Shown here one piece after another: positions 1 through 7,499 of a stretch of DNA of 54,615 nt; within the stretch, counting starts at the first letter, position 1; the number at the start of each line of letters is the position of its first letter. The stretch lies in IMG/VR virus record IMGVR_UViG_3300033067_000445, positions 1 through 54,615 of that record. One strand, given 5' to 3'. Origin of the DNA: a virus (taxonomy: Duplodnaviria > Caudoviricetes). The notes under the pieces are model-generated. The model did no database searches and had not been told where the DNA came from. It saw only the letters and a program-made list of their open reading frames with translations. The translations under genes and the position numbers were made by a program.

Positions 1-329
1 TGCTTTACATTTTTCTCGGCTTTAGATTTTCTGCCGTTGCCCATAAAGTCGACAGCGGCGTCTTCCTTGGCCTTCAGTTTTGCAGCCTTCTCGTCTTCCT
101 TGGCTTGCTTGGCAGCGTTCTTTTCCGCTTCCTTGGCAGCTTTCTTGCCTTCAGCTTCAGCCTTCTTGGCAGCGACGGCAGCTTCTTTGTCAGCTTTCTT
201 CTTGGCAGCGGCTTCAGCTTTGGCGGTGGCCTTGGCTTCGGCTTCAGCGGCCTTCAGCTTCGCAGCGGTTTCGGCAGCGGCCTTTTGTTCTTCGGTTTGC
301 TCAGCGGGAGCAGCGGTCTTGGCATTCAT
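1..329 (-). CDS. Ala/Lys/Glu-rich early protein, N-terminal part (runs off the left edge; probably continues in 54430-54615)
   Basis: ATG at 329 with AAGGA upstream; open frame MNAKTAAPAEQTEEQKAAAETAAKLKAAEAEAK... to the window edge; sigma70-like promoter upstream. Confidence 0.75.
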   Translation of the reverse strand, partial: MNAKTAAPAEQTEEQKAAAETAAKLKAAEAEAKATAKAEAAAKKKADKEAAVAAKKAEAEGKKAAKEAEKNAAKQAKEDEKAAKLKAKEDAAVDFMGNGRKSKAEKNVK

Positions 330-389
330 GATGAAATCCTTCAGTGGGTGAGTTAATTGAACGGGAACGTCCTTGCGAACGCAGAACGC

Positions 390-418
390 ACTATAAGGGC
401 GCTCTTACCTGTATGCAA
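390..418 (-). promoter_or_regulatory. sigma70-like early promoter
   Basis: TTGCAT-17 nt-TATAGT on the minus strand. Confidence 0.7.
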
Positions 419-432
419 GAGGGTTCGTTTAG

Positions 433-609
433 TCAAACTGGAATGCGCGATTTTTGCCAATCGCCCAGCGCAGTTGATGAAGTGGTCTTCTTGATGTTAT
501 GTTCGGACTCGAGGGTGCTCATCATCTGCTTGCGTAGCGCGAGCACGGCCTTGACGTCAACAGGCTTACCCGCTGCACCCCACAGCTGATCCGCTACCGA
601 CCAGATCAC
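433..609 (-). pseudogene. C-terminal fragment of the early gene starting at 2143, separated from it by the 605-1631 insertion
   Basis: VIWSVADQLWGAAGKPV...WQKSRIPV* joins in frame to ...GGNRAVI when 605-1631 is removed. Confidence 0.8.
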
Positions 610-642
610 TGTACTTTTAGGGGGTATCCGTAATCCGTTGTT
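605..642 (+). repeat. 38-bp inverted repeat, left copy
   Basis: ATCACTGTACTTTTAGGGGGTATCCGTAATCCGTTGTT is the exact reverse complement of 1549-1586. Confidence 0.95.
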
Positions 643-652
643 GATGACGGAT

Positions 653-865
653 TTAAGACTTGTGCGCAATGAGCGCAGTCTTGATTTTCAAAAGCTCCCA
701 GAAAGCCGGGTGCATGGCTCGCGCGCCAGTCTCCCATTGTTGAAATGATCGACGGGACGTGTGCAGAGCCGTTGCACACCAGTCCTGAGCCGCAGTTATG
801 CCCAGCTCAGCATCAGCTTGCACGGACTCTCGGACCTGTTTAACCTGCTCTGGCGTAGGAGTCAT
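653..865 (-). CDS. XRE-type HTH regulator, Aca-like
   Basis: 70 aa, PTPEQVKQVRE...TSRRSFQQWETGARAMHPAFWELL; last gene of a small-gene operon; ATGA overlap with the upstream gene. Confidence 0.75.
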   Translation of the reverse strand: MTPTPEQVKQVRESVQADAELGITAAQDWCATALHTSRRSFQQWETGARAMHPAFWELLKIKTALIAHKS

Positions 866-1128
866 TGGTTCGCCAGCAAGTTCATTACATCCGTTTCCAG
901 TTGCGCGCGTCCCGCACTGACCTTTGGGTCATAGGGCTGGCCGGGCTTGGATGGGGCATCATGGGCCGCGCTGTAGCGGGCGTAGGGCATCTTGTGCTCT
1001 TGGTACTTGCGGCCACTGATGACGCTCTCGGGCGTGTATACCACAGTGCCGTCCCGGCGCTGGGTCAATTTCAGGCCGGTGTTGCGTCCGTCAATCAGGA
1101 TGCTGTCGCTGGTGTCGATTTGAAGCAT
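862..1128 (-). CDS. Small hypothetical protein (candidate anti-defence/Acr)
   Basis: 88 aa from the ATG at 1128 preceded by GGAG; directly upstream of the HTH gene. Confidence 0.7.
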   Translation of the reverse strand: MLQIDTSDSILIDGRNTGLKLTQRRDGTVVYTPESVISGRKYQEHKMPYARYSAAHDAPSKPGQPYDPKVSAGRAQLETDVMNLLANQ

Positions 1129-1167
1129 GGTGCTCTCCGAAATGCCCACTGTGGCGGGCGGGTTGAT

Positions 1168-1428
1168 TTACTTGGATGCGAGGGCCAGCAGGTCGGCGAA
1201 CAGCTTGATGCGCTTGCCTGCGGCTTGATTGATGACGCGCTCTGCGTCGTTGATAGTGTTGCCCATTTCAGAACGGTTCCGGTTCGAATTGACAGCCACG
1301 ATACGGATCGTGTCGCCGAAAGAATCAGCGGCCTGTTCCTCTGCCCAGACCTTTGTGGAACCGAAACCGTTGATGTAGATGCGGATTGCGCCAGTGGCTG
1401 GGTGAGTCCAAGTGCTGAATGTTGTCAT
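1168..1428 (-). CDS. Small hypothetical protein (candidate anti-defence/Acr)
   Basis: 86 aa, AAGGA RBS, first gene after the cassette promoter. Confidence 0.75.
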   Translation of the reverse strand: MTTFSTWTHPATGAIRIYINGFGSTKVWAEEQAADSFGDTIRIVAVNSNRNRSEMGNTINDAERVINQAAGKRIKLFADLLALASK

Positions 1429-1499
1429 GTTGTGATCCTTGTGGAACGCCCGGAATCTGCCGGGACTCAGAGGACTGCTTATTTGCTGTCCATGCTTGA

Positions 1500-1538
1500 A
1501 TTATACGCGCATTGCGCACAACATCAAGAATTATTTTT
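1500..1538 (-). promoter_or_regulatory. Strong sigma70-like promoter with palindromic operator and AT-rich UP element
   Basis: TTGATG-16 nt-TATAAT; palindrome GCGCATTGCGC (1507-1517) in the spacer; AAAAATAAT upstream. Confidence 0.75.
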
Positions 1539-1548
1539 CATAGCAATA

Positions 1549-1586
1549 AACAACGGATTACGGATACCCCCTAAAAGTACAGTGAT
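1549..1586 (-). repeat. 38-bp inverted repeat, right copy
   Basis: AACAACGGATTACGGATACCCCCTAAAAGTACAGTGAT. Confidence 0.95.
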
Positions 1587-1627
1587 GTACCGAAGCCGGG
1601 GTATATCCCCGGCTAGGGACATACGGA

Positions 1628-2143
1628 CTATATCACCGCACGATTGCCGCCGCTAGGGGCCGCGATCGGTTTAGCCTGTACGGTAGGAGCGGCCTGCACG
1701 CTTGCGGGCAGCACGGGGGCAACTGGTAAAGCTGCGCCCGGCTGTAGCGCCATGGGCTCTGGTTCGAAGAGTTCTTGCAGGCGGACAGGGGTCGTGGAGC
1801 CTTTCACGTATCGGTAGAAACCCTGATCCTCCATGCTGATCTTGCGTGCCTGTACTTCAACCTCGAAAGCGTTAAACACCGATTCGGGAAGAGCCATGCC
1901 TAGCGCCATCACGCTGCGAACGAGGTGATCCCGGCTGAATCCAATGTGGTCAACCCCTGCCGTGTTGCGGTGCAGGAGCTTCAATTCCAGGTCCGTGAAC
2001 CTCGAATAAGATGCCAAGTGGTCGACGGGGAAGATAGCGACCGCCGAGTGCGCCACTTCGATGTGGGCAAGGTTGCCCAGAGCGGTGTTGTTGAGGTGTT
2101 TGTATGCGAACACCATTTTGTCGCAGTTCACTAGAACGTACAT
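1628..2143 (-). pseudogene. N-terminal part of the interrupted early protein (171 aa as truncated; about 227 aa when rejoined)
   Basis: ORF stops 1 codon after the GTGAT junction; the Pro/Ala linker leads into the missing domain found at 433-609. Confidence 0.75.
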
Positions 2144-2150
2144 GAGCGAC

Positions 2151-2321
2151 TCATCCTAACAGATCAAAAATGTAATCGGGTTCGAGTCCGAAGTCTTCAT
2201 GAAGAAGCTCTTCAGGATCCTCACCTTGGGCGACACGCTCGCGAGCGTCCTGGACAGCTTCCTCAGCAGCCTCGCGAGTCATGTCATCCCGCTGCATAAG
2301 CACTTCTACGATCGTTTGCAT
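2151..2321 (-). CDS. Small acidic hypothetical protein
   Basis: MQTIVEVLMQRDDMTREAAEE...EDFGLEPDYIFDLL; AAGGA RBS. Confidence 0.75.
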   Translation of the reverse strand: MQTIVEVLMQRDDMTREAAEEAVQDARERVAQGEDPEELLHEDFGLEPDYIFDLLG

Positions 2322-2365
2322 AGTGGTTCCTTGTTGGCGGGGAGGGTGACTCCCGCACTGCTGAT

Positions 2366-3082
2366 TCACTTAGCTTGACGACCGCGGATACCATTGAATT
2401 TTCTCCAGACATAGAATTCGCAGGACACGTTATTCTTGTTCCAGCCGTGTGCTTCAGCAAGTGCGGGCAGCTCCTTGGCGGTGACGGTAGGCTGTGCATC
2501 GAATGCGGCCCACACTTGACCACACACCGTCCCAGACGAAGGGCGCGTCACGCCGTTTTGCTTTGGGCGATCCTTCTCGATGTTGTAACCCTTGCTGACG
2601 TTCTCGCGGGTGTAGCCTGTGCGGATTTCCTTTCCGGTGTTGGCGCTGTAAGTGGTGGAACAGTGGTGGCAGAACAAGCTCACGCCTTCGTTGGCCCAGG
2701 TCTGGTCGACTTCGGTGCTGCACTTCGGGCACTTATGGACGTTCGTATGGTTGTATCCTTCCAGCTTCTCGGTCTTTTCAACTGCCTTCGGTGCAGCCTG
2801 TTGGACACGCTTGCCGTCACGGACGACCGTCACGTTCTTAGGAGGTGCAGGAGGTGCAGGAGGATTGATCAGGTTAGCGAACACATTGCTGTGAGTCGGT
2901 GCAGGAGCAACAATTTCTTCAGCGACGGGTTCCTGCACAGCGACAGTGGCGGTGGCTGCGACCAGTGCAGCACGCATTCCGTCATTGTTCATCTTGCCGT
3001 AGTTCTTGACGCCGTGTTGCTTGCACGCTTCGCGGAGTTCCGTCTTGCCCATTGCGTCGAATTGGTTGTTTGTTGATTGCAT
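2366..3082 (-). CDS. Early protein: Rho-N/SAP-like N-terminus, zinc ribbon, conserved C-terminal paralogous domain
   Basis: MGKTELREACKQHGVKNYGKMN; CPKC...CHHC; NGVTRPSSGTVCGQVW...GWNKNNVSCEFYVWRKFNG; AGGAG RBS. Confidence 0.8.
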   Translation of the reverse strand: MQSTNNQFDAMGKTELREACKQHGVKNYGKMNNDGMRAALVAATATVAVQEPVAEEIVAPAPTHSNVFANLINPPAPPAPPKNVTVVRDGKRVQQAAPKAVEKTEKLEGYNHTNVHKCPKCSTEVDQTWANEGVSLFCHHCSTTYSANTGKEIRTGYTRENVSKGYNIEKDRPKQNGVTRPSSGTVCGQVWAAFDAQPTVTAKELPALAEAHGWNKNNVSCEFYVWRKFNGIRGRQAK

Positions 3083-3147
3083 TTGATTTCTCCTAAAGAG
3101 GTTGAGGTACTTGGTTAATGGGCGTCTTCTTGTTACCCATGACCTCA

Positions 3148-3176
3148 ATTATGTGATGGAAATAAACCCGATGCAA
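3148..3176 (-). promoter_or_regulatory. sigma70-like promoter
   Basis: TTGCAT-17 nt-CATAAT. Confidence 0.7.
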
Positions 3177-3237
3177 GCGATTTTTGGGCTTGCCCACAAA
3201 TTTTTTACTTCTAGTCATAAATGTCTTGTTTTTGCGA

Positions 3238-4962
3238 CTAGAAGGGAATGTCATCGTCCGTGTCGAAGTCCGTGCTGGGCTTGGCGCTTCCAGGCGTATG
3301 CAGGGAGCGGGACGATGCAGCGGTGTCCACTGTAGGCGCAGCAAGGTCGTCGGGGGCTTGCGTGCTGAAGGCAGTTCCATCGAAGCAGTGGGCAAGGATC
3401 TCAGGATACTTCTTGTTGACCCATATACGCAAGTGACCGGCAGCTTGAAGCGTCTCAGCCTGCTCCAGCGCGAGGGCAGTGCTCTCCGGGAACGGTGCGC
3501 CGTTGCTACGCTGAGTCCACCACTGCCGAGCCTTGCGCTGTGCGAAGCCCTCATGCTGGATGCAGACGTACTCCTGGAACATGCGTAGGCCGCAATAGTA
3601 GCTCACCTTCATCATAGGAGGCGCACCGATCTTCTCATGCGCTGAGTAGGTGATGTGATCGACCTTGAACACCTCAACGATGGGAGCTTCACCTTTGATC
3701 AGCTCTTGCGTGCTGGCATACTCTTTCAACTTAGTCGTGAAATGGAACTCCGCTCCGCAGCAGATGCAGTGAGTCACGCTCGCGTGATTGTAGGTCGCAC
3801 AGCTTCCGCACAGTTTGACAGGTGCCTCCCCGCCTTTCTGACCCTTCTTACGAGGTATGACAGGATCGTTGATAGGCCCCAGGCGACGGGTGTTGCCTGC
3901 AAAGTCCAGAACAAGACAGTTCTCTTTCATGTGGAACGGACGTGTCCCACGGCCAAGCATCTGCACCCACAGCACGGGCGACGCGGTAGGCCGAAGCATG
4001 ACAATGAGGTCGATGCCTGGGAAGTCGAATCCTGTGGTCAGGACATTATTGTTCACCGCTGCCTTGTACTTACCAGACTTGAATCCTGCGATTCCCTCGT
4101 CGCGTTCATTGTCGCTCATTTTGCTATGAATGACCACAGTTGGCACGCCAAGCGAGTTCAGCATCGCGCCGACGTTCTCCGCATGTTGCACCCCTGACGC
4201 AAAGATCAGCCAATGGTTTCGGTCGCCCGCCTGTTCCATTGTTTCTTTTAGAGCTGCGAACGTGATTTCGTCTTTGTCGACTGCCAGCTGGAGCTCGGAC
4301 TGGACAAACTCGCCACCCCTCATGTGGATGCCGTTTGTGTCAAGGATCGCCTTTGTCTGCTTGGGCACCAGTGGGCACAAATATCCTTCGGCGATCAAGC
4401 GGTTGAACGCTGCCATGCCTGTAATGTCAAAGCACACGTCGGTGAAGATCCCGTCCTCAGTTATGCGACCATGCCCTAGGCGCCAAGGAGTGGCGGTAAG
4501 ACCAACCACCTTCAGGTTAGGATTGATAGATCGCAACGTGCCCAGGAGTGCCTGATACATGGTCTCCTCACTAGGGCTTACGAGGTGCGCCTCGTCAATG
4601 ATCAGAAGGTCGATTCTACCGAACAGGTGCGCCTTCTTTGCGACGGACGCAATACCCGCGAACGTGATAGGCATGTACGCTTCGCGCCTGTTCAGCCCTG
4701 CGCTGTAGATGCCAGCTGGCGCAGTAGGCCAGAAGCTCATCAGCTTGTCATAGTTCTGTTGAATCAGTTCCTTGACGTGCGTCAGCACCATAACCCGCTG
4801 ATTCGGGAAGTACCGAAACACGGATTCAAGGAACATTGCAATGACGACAGACTTACCCGTGCCCGTCGGAAGCGCCAGCACAGGATTCCCCTGCTGGCTT
4901 CCGAAATAGTCATAGATACTCTTGACCGCCTCCACCTGATAGGACCGGGGCTGTAGCAGCAT
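3238..4962 (-). CDS. SF2 DEAH-box DNA helicase (RadD/YejH-like) with zinc finger and acidic DDIPF tail
   Basis: PTGTGKS, DEAH, TAT, QMLGRGTR, CGSC/CICC. Confidence 0.92.
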   Translation of the reverse strand: MLLQPRSYQVEAVKSIYDYFGSQQGNPVLALPTGTGKSVVIAMFLESVFRYFPNQRVMVLTHVKELIQQNYDKLMSFWPTAPAGIYSAGLNRREAYMPITFAGIASVAKKAHLFGRIDLLIIDEAHLVSPSEETMYQALLGTLRSINPNLKVVGLTATPWRLGHGRITEDGIFTDVCFDITGMAAFNRLIAEGYLCPLVPKQTKAILDTNGIHMRGGEFVQSELQLAVDKDEITFAALKETMEQAGDRNHWLIFASGVQHAENVGAMLNSLGVPTVVIHSKMSDNERDEGIAGFKSGKYKAAVNNNVLTTGFDFPGIDLIVMLRPTASPVLWVQMLGRGTRPFHMKENCLVLDFAGNTRRLGPINDPVIPRKKGQKGGEAPVKLCGSCATYNHASVTHCICCGAEFHFTTKLKEYASTQELIKGEAPIVEVFKVDHITYSAHEKIGAPPMMKVSYYCGLRMFQEYVCIQHEGFAQRKARQWWTQRSNGAPFPESTALALEQAETLQAAGHLRIWVNKKYPEILAHCFDGTAFSTQAPDDLAAPTVDTAASSRSLHTPGSAKPSTDFDTDDDIPF

Positions 4963-5876
4963 CAGAACACCTCGTATTCAGCGCATCCAGTAAGCTGAAC
5001 CTCTTTGCTCAGCACCTCACCCGCACCGCCACCGTCAGGTTGAGTCGGTCGGTTGCAATACCACTTCCCGTCTTCCATAGGCTCACTATGTCTGCAGGTG
5101 CGGCAGTTACGCTCAGGCGCCAGCTTCAAGTGGCAGACTGGTTTGTGGTCACACCATTGGCAAGCAAACCAGCCAGGGGACTCGCTTACCTTGGACGGAG
5201 CTTGCTTCAGCATAATCAGCGTCCGACCACGATCAAGAAACTGGTCTGCAATCGGCGTGTCCAAGTGGATAATTTCGCCGTAGATCTCGTCGTTGTTTTT
5301 GTTCACCGCCATGTAGAGGGCGCACGCAATGCCCATCTTTCGCATGTAGGTATTCATCTGAACATAGTGCTCAAACTTAGCAGCGCGAACACCTTCCTTC
5401 GCCAACTTCTTGAACGATGCATCGTTGTGAGTCTTGAACTCCAACAGGCAGGCCGTGCCTTCCGGGACGTCTGGAATACCAATGGCCACACCGTCACCGC
5501 TGCCGCCAAGGTGACCGCCCACGTCGCTGATGCGGAACTGGTTCCCGTTCTCGTCCTGCTGATACACCGTGCAACCGATTGCCAGCAGCATTGCGATGAA
5601 ACGTGCTTCCTCCAGGTGCCCGCGGTTAAACAGGCGCAGGATGCGACCTCCAAACTTCGGCATGGTGGCCCATCGGAAGCTGTACCAGATAGCACGACCA
5701 CATTCACCGCCCAGGATCGACGCGCCCAAGTGGGTGCGGAAGGGTGCATCGTGCCCCCGAAAAGCGTCACCCATATGAGGAATGACTTTGCCAAGGAATT
5801 GTCGGAAAGCTGCACCCTGATCGGATGCGATTTGTTGCTCTATGAGCTTCAAGGTTTTCGTTGCAAGTTGGACCAT
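4962..5876 (-). CDS. Cas4-like PD-(D/E)XK exonuclease
   Basis: GASILGGEC, GSGDG, LEFKT, QMNTY, C-terminal Cys cluster. Confidence 0.85.
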   Translation of the reverse strand: MVQLATKTLKLIEQQIASDQGAAFRQFLGKVIPHMGDAFRGHDAPFRTHLGASILGGECGRAIWYSFRWATMPKFGGRILRLFNRGHLEEARFIAMLLAIGCTVYQQDENGNQFRISDVGGHLGGSGDGVAIGIPDVPEGTACLLEFKTHNDASFKKLAKEGVRAAKFEHYVQMNTYMRKMGIACALYMAVNKNNDEIYGEIIHLDTPIADQFLDRGRTLIMLKQAPSKVSESPGWFACQWCDHKPVCHLKLAPERNCRTCRHSEPMEDGKWYCNRPTQPDGGGAGEVLSKEVQLTGCAEYEVF

Positions 5877-5923
5877 TTCAGACCTCTGTTCTTTAGAATT
5901 TAGTACCGGATTCTACAGGACAT

Positions 5924-6322
5924 TCACGCGGGAACCCTGTAGAACTTATGATTACCCCATTGGCCAACATAGGCCAAAGACTTTGCCCAATACGGACGAA
6001 TGGACTTTTCGTGAAAGAAGGTGGCGCCACCAGTCCGATCGCGCACTAGCATGGAAACCCGTGCAATTGCAAGGCAGTCATTCCACACACGGGAACGAAA
6101 GTCAGGCATGGCGGTCTTCTTGACTTTGCCATGCCTGACGTCTGTTATCGTCCATGAAAATTGCTTGCGTGCGAATACCACTTCGCAGACTGGTTTGTCC
6201 TGTTTCTTGGATCGATTGAGCGTCACCATTGCGACCGCCATCTTACCCTCAACAGGTTCTCCGCGTGCTTCCTTATAGACGTTGAGCGCCAAGCACATTA
6301 GCGCAGTCGTGAAAATAGCCAT
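5924..6322 (-). CDS. SleB-like cell wall hydrolase (Hydrolase_2)
   Basis: CLALNVYKEARGE, AVAMVTLNR, QFSW, GATFFH, GNHKFY. Confidence 0.88.
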   Translation of the reverse strand: MAIFTTALMCLALNVYKEARGEPVEGKMAVAMVTLNRSKKQDKPVCEVVFARKQFSWTITDVRHGKVKKTAMPDFRSRVWNDCLAIARVSMLVRDRTGGATFFHEKSIRPYWAKSLAYVGQWGNHKFYRVPA

Positions 6323-6329
6323 CCGCACC

Positions 6330-6521
6330 TCACGGTAGTTTGTGCCGGTCGCGGCACGGTGCGCAGACACTCTTGACCAGTCGTTGTGAAAATTCCCCAC
6401 ATAGGTCGCACTCTCCAGGAGAACCCGCGGGCATGTTTGCAACCCGCTGACGTATCACGTTGACGTCCGCCTCCAGCAATGGTTCTGCCAGGTCTTGTGC
6501 GCGATCTACTTCATCTGCCAT
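6330..6521 (-). CDS. TraR/DksA C4 zinc-finger protein
   Basis: MADEVDRAQ...CDLCGE...CAPC. Confidence 0.85.
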   Translation of the reverse strand: MADEVDRAQDLAEPLLEADVNVIRQRVANMPAGSPGECDLCGEFSQRLVKSVCAPCRDRHKLP

Positions 6522-6540
6522 TGTTCTTGTTCCTCGTTGT

Positions 6541-6562
6541 AAGGGAGCCCGAAGGCTCCCTT
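6541..6562. terminator. Hairpin, putative terminator
   Basis: AAGGGAGCC-CGAA-GGCTCCCTT. Confidence 0.6.
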
Positions 6563-6565
6563 AGT

Positions 6566-7174
6566 TCAGTGAACCAGCTTGAGCTGGAATTGTTCAGGCT
6601 CTGCTTTGTCAGCGCGAGCTAACGCATCCGCGTCGCTGTACTTGTCAGGGTAACGCTTCTGGAGCTTTTCGACGTTATGCTTCAGGGTCACTTCCTCGAA
6701 GCTGAAACCGTGCAAGTCGCTCAGGAGGCTCAATGTGGTCACATAGAGGCTCAGCTGGCGCTTCATGATCTCGTGGTCCAGTTCCTTGCCGTAGATGGCG
6801 TGAGCTTTGACCACAGTCAGCACCTCGCCCGCGTAGTGTGAAGCCAGCATTGTCAGCGCCACAGGGTTGCGGCCCAGAACTGCGACAGCCAATTCAGATG
6901 CGATCTCGCTTGCCAGACCAGGCTCAAGAATCAAATCTTCAAACTTCCAGCCCATGACATCGGACAGATAGGCGGAATACCAGCACGCATCGCCCATCTC
7001 TTCCGGGAGGTTTTTGGGGTCAAACGGCAGCTTCATCCAGGCGCACGCTACCGTCAACGCCAGCTCGCCAGCTTCGCTACCAAGGCCCAGGGCAGCGTGA
7101 ATGAGGTTTTCTTTCAGTGTCGGAAAAATCTTTGCCGTCCGCATTGCGAGGGCTTGATATTGGTTCAATTCCAT
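6566..7174 (-). CDS. MazG-like nucleotide pyrophosphohydrolase (tandem domain)
   Basis: YQALAMRT, LGLGSEAGEL, EEMGDACWY, NVEKLQKRYP. Confidence 0.82.
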   Translation of the reverse strand: MELNQYQALAMRTAKIFPTLKENLIHAALGLGSEAGELALTVACAWMKLPFDPKNLPEEMGDACWYSAYLSDVMGWKFEDLILEPGLASEIASELAVAVLGRNPVALTMLASHYAGEVLTVVKAHAIYGKELDHEIMKRQLSLYVTTLSLLSDLHGFSFEEVTLKHNVEKLQKRYPDKYSDADALARADKAEPEQFQLKLVH

Positions 7175-7190
7175 TTCGGGTCTCCAAAGT

Positions 7191-7212
7191 AAAGGAGCCC
7201 GAAGGCCCCTTT
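7191..7212 (-). terminator. Hairpin, putative terminator (near-copy of 6541-6562)
   Basis: AAAGGAGCCCGAAGGCCCCTTT. Confidence 0.55.
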
Positions 7213-7221
7213 GAGGGTTAA

Positions 7222-7434
7222 TTACAGCAGGGCTCGCAATTGGCTGATCAGCGGAGCGATTTGCGACACCACGAAGGAGCCCATCTCGTTTGCTTTCGCT
7301 TCGATGTCATCCAAGACACGGTGGCCCGGATGAACCGTCACTTCTTCAGCGGGTGCGGTATTGGCTGTGACGGAAGTATCCGCCACAGCGGTCGCGGTGT
7401 CTGCCGGAGCAGAGGTGTTTTCAGCTTGATCCAT
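7222..7434 (-). CDS. Hypothetical protein
   Basis: 70 aa, AGGAG RBS, in operon orientation. Confidence 0.7.
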   Translation of the reverse strand: MDQAENTSAPADTATAVADTSVTANTAPAEEVTVHPGHRVLDDIEAKANEMGSFVVSQIAPLISQLRALL

Positions 7435-7499
7435 TTTGGAATCTCCTAAGGGTTACAGGTCAAAAGAAAGAGCGGGCGAACCCGCTCTGGAACGGGAAA

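Larger units (their letters stand above)
605..1636. mobile_element. Non-autonomous inverted-repeat cassette (1027 bp plus 5-bp duplicated core) carrying a 3-gene operon
   Basis: ATCAC at 605-609 and 1632-1636; 38-bp inverted repeats at 605-642 and 1549-1586; interrupts a gene precisely; no transposase or recombinase inside. Confidence 0.8.

Noticed and set aside
433-669. 78-aa ORF as an independent gene
   Set aside because: Its first 20 or so residues are translated cassette DNA including the IR; the remainder is the severed C-terminus of 1628-2143
605-1586. Tn3-family element (38-bp IR, 5-bp duplication)
   Set aside because: The IRs do not begin with GGGG, the duplicated 5-mer is part of the IR, and the right duplicate lies 45 bp beyond the IR
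865-1656. 263-aa plus-strand ORF as the cassette's transposase
   Set aside because: It is antisense to real genes with RBSs, has no DDE, tyrosine or serine recombinase motifs, and shares INNGLRIPPKSTV with 433-669 only because of the IR
4962-5876. Cas4-like gene as evidence of a CRISPR system
   Set aside because: No repeat-spacer array or other cas genes were seen; solo Cas4-like nucleases are common in phage recombination modules
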